From Conexivisphaerales archaeon (GTDB lineage Archaea; Thermoproteota; Nitrososphaeria; Conexivisphaerales; DTJL01), in assembly GCA_049509455.1 (NCBI GenBank), contig JBEKZX010000024.1, positions 1 through 21,525 on the forward strand: a stretch of 21,525 nt of DNA. Reading direction: 5' to 3'. The notes under the pieces were generated by a model. That model was not told the origin of the DNA and searched no databases. It worked only from the letters and a program-made list of their open reading frames with translations. A program made the translations under genes and the position numbers. Shown piece after piece: positions 16,054 to 21,525 of the stretch; positions within the stretch are counted from its first letter, which is position 1, and every line of letters begins with the position of its first letter.

Positions 16054-16533
16054 TCACGGCGAGGTCAGGTTGTAGAGCACCCAGCCGTCTCACGTCGTCA
16101 CGACCGTCGAGTTCCCCAGGAGGCCCTCCAGCGCCGAGCCGTTGACCATCCCCCAGGCGCGACCCCCGTACCTTACGGTGTCCCCTACGAAGCTCGGCGC
16201 CTGGTTCGACGGGGTCGGCAGGAGGGCGTAGCCGACGTCGTTCTCCTCCAGGAACTCCCTCAGGCCGGTCGCGTTGTGGAGCTGCGCCAGCAGCGGCCCG
16301 GCCATCTGGCTGTCCATCAGCTCGAAAGACCGGACGCCGGCGTAGTACTCGATGCCGTACCCGAAGAGGGTCATGAAGGCGCTCCCGCCGAAGGAGGCCC
16401 TGTTCGCGGCGATGTACTCGAACGGCTCCTCCAGGCCGGCGTTCCAGCCGGGGCCCTTGACGTCCTTGACGGGGGAGGCTGTTGGCGTCCTCGATGCGGC
16501 GTCAGCGGCGGCGTCAGCGGCGGCGTCAGTATC
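16054..16533 (-). pseudogene. 5'-truncated, nonsense-bearing paralog of the C-terminus of 20888..>21525
   Basis: KGPGWNAGLEEPFEYIAANRASFGGSAFMTLFGYGIEYYAGV aligns with KGYGWNGGLQAPFEYISQNRAQFGGSAFLTLFANGIEYYAGV. STVVTT*DGWVLYNLTSP* aligns ungapped with STLMENWGNWELYNLTAP*. No start codon precedes the homologous part. Confidence 0.85.
16496..16529 (+). repeat. 12-bp tandem repeat (GCGGCGTCAGCG x about 2.8)
   Basis: GCGGCGTCAG at 16496, 16508 and 16520. Confidence 0.95.
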
Positions 16534-16538
16534 CTACG

Positions 16539-17567
16539 CTAGGGGGTCATCGCATTCTGTAGCAGGTCCACTAGCTTCACCCATATCCTGTTTCTGAAGC
16601 CAAGGAGCGGGACCTTGCAATCAACATTGGCGCAATCAACGAAGGTGGCTCCCGTCCTGATCAACTCGTCCCAGTTACCAGCGCTGAGAGCATGGGTCTG
16701 CTGAGTGTGACATATGCCGCAAGTTATTGTCCAAGGCCTTTGCAACGCCTGGACTACGTTGGTGCTGAGTAGCTGAACAAGAGCGGCTGAATGTTCGTTG
16801 AACCAGGCAGGCCACTCCTCATTCTTTGCCTTATCGATTGCCGTGGACTTCAGCGCGTTGACCCTTTCATTCACCCTGCGGTCGAACTCCTCGTTCAGGC
16901 CCTTGCTTACGTCCCTTCGGTATTCTGCAAGTATCCACTTCGACAGCTCATCCTTCGGCAGCTCGGGTGAATCAGGCGGCAGATTTCGCTTGGCCATAGC
17001 AGCCTTGACTGTCGCGCTCACGCCCTGCTCGACCTCTGTGGGCTTCGTCTCCTTTTCCCACTTTTGGTGAAGGGCTCCGGCTCGCTTCTCGATCTCCTGC
17101 TGGCCCTCCGGCAGCTTGATGAATTCATCCGGCTTCAGGTTCAGCTTCCCCTGCAATCCTTCGTTCTCCTCTTTCAGTGCCTTCATCTCTCCCTCCAGCT
17201 CGGTCACACGATCATCCCGACTCGTGTACTTCTCTTGGGCCTCTCGAAGTCTCTTCTCGTATTGTCCCTTCACCTCCTCCTTTTCTTTGTCCTTGTGGTC
17301 CAGAGCTTCCTGATGGGCCTTCCGCTCGCCTGAGAGCTCGGCCTCCTTCTCTTCAAGCGCAACGACAGAGTCCTTCCGGCATTTCTCGAGGTCCGACTTC
17401 ACCCTGTCTCTTTCCTTCTCTACCGTGTCGAACAGGACTATCCTCTTGAAGAGCCCCGACTCGATGTTGAGGCCCATCAGCCTAGCCAATTCGTGCTGAA
17501 ACTTCGCCTCATCGCTCTCCGTCATTCCTATGGACCTCCCAAAGCGGTGGCCAGTTTGTCTATCCAC
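16539..17567 (-). CDS. Coiled-coil protein with C-terminal Zn-finger-like motif (likely start ATG 17525)
   Basis: Long K/E heptad region; CGICH...DCANVDC; ATG 17525 lies 2 bp after the upstream gene's stop. Confidence 0.8.
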   Translation of the reverse strand: MDRQTGHRFGRSIGMTESDEAKFQHELARLMGLNIESGLFKRIVLFDTVEKERDRVKSDLEKCRKDSVVALEEKEAELSGERKAHQEALDHKDKEKEEVKGQYEKRLREAQEKYTSRDDRVTELEGEMKALKEENEGLQGKLNLKPDEFIKLPEGQQEIEKRAGALHQKWEKETKPTEVEQGVSATVKAAMAKRNLPPDSPELPKDELSKWILAEYRRDVSKGLNEEFDRRVNERVNALKSTAIDKAKNEEWPAWFNEHSAALVQLLSTNVVQALQRPWTITCGICHTQQTHALSAGNWDELIRTGATFVDCANVDCKVPLLGFRNRIWVKLVDLLQNAMTP

Positions 17568-18787
17568 ATTTTCACCGCCGGATGCTCAAGCAAGACATTT
17601 GCGGGCATGGTGGCAGACCATGACCTGAGCTGCACGGCTATGGCGCCCACTTCGTCTTTAGTCAGAGACGATGGTTCCTTGAACAGCTTGACCGAGACGC
17701 CGTTCTTCTGCATGACTTCCTCCAGGGATGATATACGGCCCGAGCTATCCTCAAACTGGGTCTCGAGCTTCCTCAGCTGTTCAGCCCTCTGGGCTACCGC
17801 GTACTCGGCGACGCCTTTCTTCAGGGCGAGGTCGTCCAGCTCCTTCTTCACTTCATCGATCCTTTGGCTCAGGTCCTTCAGCCTTGCCGCAGCGCTTCTG
17901 GACTCAGATACCAGCTTCGCCACCCCCGATTCCCTCTCTCTTCTGAGCGCATCCAGCTCTCTCAGCCTGTCGGTGGCCGACACCTCCTCTGCCAGCTTCC
18001 TGGCGAAGGCTTCTGGGCTGAAATCCACCTCCCGTGCCGACCTGACCATCCGGATTAGTCTCTCCAGGTCGGCGGGGTCTCCACCCACCTCCCTGAGCCG
18101 CTTGTGCAGATCCCGGCTGAGCTTCAAGTCCTCTTCCGTCGACTCGTACGCCCTGAGGAGCTCCTTCCTCCTTGACTCGTTCTCTTTGAGGAGCTCCTCC
18201 TTCTTCGACTCGTACTCCTTGAGGACCTCCTTCTTCTTCACTTCGAGCTGCTTCGTCTCCTTGGTCAGAGAGTCGACCTCCGCCAGCATCTTCTCCCTCC
18301 TTTCGGCCTTCTCCTTCAGGTCCTCGACGACGCCGTGAGCGCTGAGGCCCGTCTCAGTCTCCACGTCGTCCATCTCCTTCGTATACGCGACGACTTCCGA
18401 CACGCTGAAGGCCTCCCGCTTAACACGGTCCATGACTTCGTCTATGAAGTCCAACGCCCGGTCATCGGACAAGCCCACCTGACCAAGCCTTTTCGAGACC
18501 ACCAGGCCCTGCGCCGCATCCTCTATGGTGAGCTTGTGGGTCCTCAGCTGACCCGAAAGCCTGTGCACGTCTTCGATGATGGCCCTGACGCCGTGAAGCT
18601 GCGCGGTCTCATCGATGCCCAGCTTCTCTGATTCTCTAATGAACTTCCGTACGACTTCGCGCTGCTTGGTGTGTCCTACGTCGGCCTCTCCCTCGATCAT
18701 CTTCTCCGTGTATCCTTTCAGGTAGAGCTCGATGACCTGGTCCTCCTGCCAATCCTCAACCTTCTTGGGCATTGTCGCTACGGTCAA
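17528..18787 (-). CDS. Coiled-coil protein with N-terminal helix-turn-helix-like segment
   Basis: QVIELYLKGYTEKMIEGEADVGHTKQREVVRKF resembles an HTH; long heptad region follows; alternative start ATG 18772. Confidence 0.8.
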   Translation of the reverse strand: MTVATMPKKVEDWQEDQVIELYLKGYTEKMIEGEADVGHTKQREVVRKFIRESEKLGIDETAQLHGVRAIIEDVHRLSGQLRTHKLTIEDAAQGLVVSKRLGQVGLSDDRALDFIDEVMDRVKREAFSVSEVVAYTKEMDDVETETGLSAHGVVEDLKEKAERREKMLAEVDSLTKETKQLEVKKKEVLKEYESKKEELLKENESRRKELLRAYESTEEDLKLSRDLHKRLREVGGDPADLERLIRMVRSAREVDFSPEAFARKLAEEVSATDRLRELDALRRERESGVAKLVSESRSAAARLKDLSQRIDEVKKELDDLALKKGVAEYAVAQRAEQLRKLETQFEDSSGRISSLEEVMQKNGVSVKLFKEPSSLTKDEVGAIAVQLRSWSATMPANVLLEHPAVKMWIDKLATALGGP

Positions 18788-18815
18788 GAATACGGACAGG
18801 TCTTAGATAAGGTGC

Positions 18816-19058
18816 TCTAGGCCGAAAAGGGAGCCGTCTTGCCGGAAAGAGGGCCATCTAGCCGGAAAGGGGTCGCCGAATAGCCTAATAGGCCGAATAG
18901 AAACGCCAAATAAACATGGGCCCCCAACAGCCCTGGGCCAGCACGGCACAGGTTCAAATCAGGCTGTTGACAGAGGGAAGAATCTATCTGGCCGTCAGGT
19001 GCCGCTGGATCGTCTGACGCGCGACACGGCCCCAAGCGTTCTGGCGGGCTATTCGGCC
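18816..19058. repeat. Direct and inverted repeat cluster upstream of the coiled-coil operon
   Basis: Three 20-22-bp direct repeats at 18816, 18837 and 18857 (GCCGGAAAG exact at 18841 and 18861). GCCGAATAGCC (18875-18885) is inverted at 19047-19057. CAACAGCC/GGCTGTTG lie at 18925-18932 and 18962-18969. Confidence 0.8.
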
Positions 19059-19226
19059 GTCGACCAGCATCTAAACGGCTAACATCACCCGGTTCACGGC
19101 CACCTCACAAGGGGTAGCGACGTCGGTAGCTGTGGAATGGTAGGCCGGAGGGTGGGGATGAACGTCAGGCAGTCCGAAACATGGATTGTCTACCTCAGCT
19201 CTCGTCTTCGGCGGACGGCGTACCGC

Positions 19227-19232
19227 TTAAGT
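19227..19232 (+). promoter_or_regulatory. TATA-like box for the flippase
   Basis: TTAAGT 25-30 bp upstream of ATG 19257. Confidence 0.5.
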
Positions 19233-19256
19233 AACGATAGCACGAAAACCAAGGTC

Positions 19257-20807
19257 ATGGCCGGCCAACCCCCGGAGCCCAGCTCCACGGCGAAGGGGAT
19301 GTACCACCTCTTCCTCGGGAACGTAGCCGCCTCCGTCCTGCTCGCAGTGGCGGCGATCTTCATCGGCAGGCTCCTGGGCCCCGCGGGCTACGGCCTCTAC
19401 GCCATCGCCGTGGTCACCCCCTCCTACATGCAGACCTTCATACAGCTGGGGATACCGACCGCCTCCACCAGGTTCCCCGCCAAGTACATGTCCGAGGGGA
19501 ACGAGGGGAGGGCCGTCTCCTTCATCTACTCGATGGCGCTCGCCGAGGCCCTCATGGCCCTGGCGGCGGTGGCGGTCGTCGTCCCCCTCTCCGGATTCAT
19601 CGCGTCCTCCATCCTCGACAGGCCCCAAGTCGCTTCTTTGGTGCCCCTTGCGGCCGTCGCCGCCGTCGGCCAGGTGCTCCTCTCAGTCACCCAGTCGGGC
19701 CTTGAAGGGTTGAATCGGATGAAGGGGTCGGCCGTCCTGCAGGTGATCCAGGCCGGGGTGAAGGCGGTGGTCACGGTGGCGCTCATCCTGGCGGGGTTCG
19801 CCATCTTCGGGGCGGTGGCGGGCTTCACGCTGAGCTTCCTCGCGGCGGGGCTGGCCGGCTTCGCCTTCATAGTCAGGCTGAGGGAGAGCTTCCTCCCTAG
19901 CGAGTGGTTAAGGGACCTGAAGGAGGCGCTGAGGTACTCCCTCCCCCTATACGTCGCCGCCCTCGCCGCCGGCTTGGTGTCGCCGTACCTGGTGACGCTC
20001 ATGGCCAGGTACGCGGGGAACGCCCAGATAGGGGGCTACGGGGCTGCGGGGAACATTTCGACCATCATCGTCCTCTTCACCTACCCCATCGTGACGGCGC
20101 TCTTCCCCCTCTTCAGCCGCCTCGCGAGGGACGAAAGGGGGCTGGCGGAGACGTACGACAGCGCGGTAAGGTACTCCACGATGTTCGTAGTCCCCGTCGC
20201 GGCGGTGATGATGGCGCTCTCCGTCCCCCTCACCTCGGCCATCTACGGGAGGGCCTACGGGTTCGCAGGGGTCTACCTGGCGCTGACGGCGACCCAGTAC
20301 TTCTTCGTCGGGCTGGGGAGCCTGTCGCAGGGGGCCCTCCTCAGCAGCGTGGGCGAGACGAGGAAGTACCTCGCGGCGAGCCTGGCCGGCTCCGTCACAT
20401 CCCTGCTTGCGGCCTCGGCGCTCATCCCGTTCCTAGGCGTCTACGGGGCGATCGTGGCCGCCTTCATAGGGAGCGCGACGTCGGTGGCCGTGGCGTGGAG
20501 GATGGTCAGCCGGCGCCTTGGGACGAACGTCAGGCTGTCTCGGATATGGAGGATCTACGTGGTTTCGGGGGTGGTGGCGGCGCTTGTTTACCCGGTGTCC
20601 CTCCTCCCCCTCCATCCGATAGCCGTCACCTTGCTGGGAGGGGTCGCCTTCCTCCTCCTTGTGATCCCCCTTATGGCCTTCACCGGGGCCGTGAGGAGGC
20701 AGGACATGATCGCGCTCGACGGCTACTCCAGGGAAGTGGGGCCCGTCTCGTACGTGTTCGGGATCGTCATGAAATACTACGACATCTTCGAAAGAGAGAG
20801 GCCCTAG
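19257..20807 (+). CDS. Oligosaccharide/polysaccharide flippase (Wzx/RfbX, MOP superfamily)
   Basis: GRLLGPAGYGLYAIA, QIGGYGAA and LFPLFSRL motifs; about 14 TM segments. Start moved from 19137 to 19257 on the basis of promoter spacing. Confidence 0.9.
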   Translation: MAGQPPEPSSTAKGMYHLFLGNVAASVLLAVAAIFIGRLLGPAGYGLYAIAVVTPSYMQTFIQLGIPTASTRFPAKYMSEGNEGRAVSFIYSMALAEALMALAAVAVVVPLSGFIASSILDRPQVASLVPLAAVAAVGQVLLSVTQSGLEGLNRMKGSAVLQVIQAGVKAVVTVALILAGFAIFGAVAGFTLSFLAAGLAGFAFIVRLRESFLPSEWLRDLKEALRYSLPLYVAALAAGLVSPYLVTLMARYAGNAQIGGYGAAGNISTIIVLFTYPIVTALFPLFSRLARDERGLAETYDSAVRYSTMFVVPVAAVMMALSVPLTSAIYGRAYGFAGVYLALTATQYFFVGLGSLSQGALLSSVGETRKYLAASLAGSVTSLLAASALIPFLGVYGAIVAAFIGSATSVAVAWRMVSRRLGTNVRLSRIWRIYVVSGVVAALVYPVSLLPLHPIAVTLLGGVAFLLLVIPLMAFTGAVRRQDMIALDGYSREVGPVSYVFGIVMKYYDIFERERP

Positions 20808-20887
20808 GGAGCAGCCGCCCTTCGATTGGCCGTCCGGTCACTGAATCGCTCTTCTGACGGACCTGTCCTTGACGGAGGGCAATGTCG

Positions 20888-21525
20888 TCAGGGCGCGGTC
20901 AGGTTGTATAGCTCCCAGTTCCCCCAGTTTTCCATGAGGGTGGATTCGTTCAGAAGGGCCCCCACCGCGGTGGTCCTCTCCCACGAGGCGGCCGCCCCCC
21001 CGAAGCCTGCGAACGGGTTCGACGTGCTGGGGAACAGGGCGTAGCTGATGCCATGTGACAGCAGGAAGGAGCGGAGGGCTCCCGCGTCGCCGAAGTAGGG
21101 CTCCAGGGAGATGTATTCATACTTCTGCGACAGGTCAATGGAGGGGACCCCGGCGTAGTACTCTATGCCGTTGGCGAATAGGGTGAGGAAGGCGCTGCCG
21201 CCGAACTGGGCCCGGTTCTGGGAGATGTACTCGAAGGGGGCCTGGAGGCCGCCGTTCCAGCCGTATCCCTTGTCCTGTCTCACGGCGGAGATGTCCTGGA
21301 GGGCGGTCGAAGCGATGAGAGGGACGAAGGGCTGCGCCACCAGGGCGATGGAGAGAAGCAGCACTACGGCCAGGGAGGCCTTCTTGAGACGAGGAGCGCG
21401 CGTTGAGGCGAGCAGGGAGGACGAGTAACGGCTCCTGAAGAAGTAGTAGAGCCCCACGAGGACCCATGCCCCGGCCAGCCACCAGAGCGAGTAGTCTGTG
21501 TACGCGCTGACTCCCCTGACGGCGT
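20888..21525 (-). CDS. C-terminal part of a polytopic membrane protein, possibly GT-C glycosyltransferase-like; runs off the right edge
   Basis: The frame stays open from 21457 to the window end (AVRGVSAYTDYSLWWLAGAWVL...). TM helices are followed by an extracellular domain. The family call is inferred from architecture and the neighbouring flippase. Confidence 0.6.
   Translation of the reverse strand, partial: AVRGVSAYTDYSLWWLAGAWVLVGLYYFFRSRYSSSLLASTRAPRLKKASLAVVLLLSIALVAQPFVPLIASTALQDISAVRQDKGYGWNGGLQAPFEYISQNRAQFGGSAFLTLFANGIEYYAGVPSIDLSQKYEYISLEPYFGDAGALRSFLLSHGISYALFPSTSNPFAGFGGAAASWERTTAVGALLNESTLMENWGNWELYNLTAP

Noticed and set aside
16523-19020. 7-bp inverted match GCGTCAG/CTGACGC as terminal inverted repeats of the coiled-coil block
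   Set aside because: Too short for GC-rich DNA, and no target-site duplication or transposase was seen.

Overview
Archaeal-looking accessory region: TATA-like boxes about 25-33 bp upstream of many starts, frequent TTG/GTG starts and mostly leaderless genes. Nitrososphaerota/Thermoproteota is only a guess. The main unexplained signal is a 16-bp motif, GGGCTTGGACCTGCGA, found as 8 exact copies, 1 near-exact copy and 2 degenerate copies between 247 and about 16030. Every copy is on the + strand, and all but one sit between genes. The copies split the DNA into 0.6-3.9 kb modules, several holding a single gene or one operon, with genes in either orientation. The extended site CGTGGG-CTTGGA-CCTGCG is an imperfect palindrome around a 6-bp asymmetric spacer, followed by a degenerate right arm ATGGGCTGAC. 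I interpret this as a candidate gene-cassette array using a recombination site that is not a canonical attC; no recombinase gene is visible in the window. Cargo includes an ABC pair, an AbrB-like protein, SnoaL, HMA, RHH-like regulators, a DUF1269/HdeD operon, MscS, an adenylate cyclase-TPR protein, a SAM methyltransferase and several surface proteins. Four genes are broken by in-frame stops. Right of about 16.0 kb the motif disappears. That part holds a truncated paralog of a membrane glycosylation-type gene, two coiled-coil genes with a repeat-rich upstream region, a polysaccharide flippase and a partial membrane protein in visibly more GC-rich DNA. All product calls come from motif recognition by eye; no searches were run.
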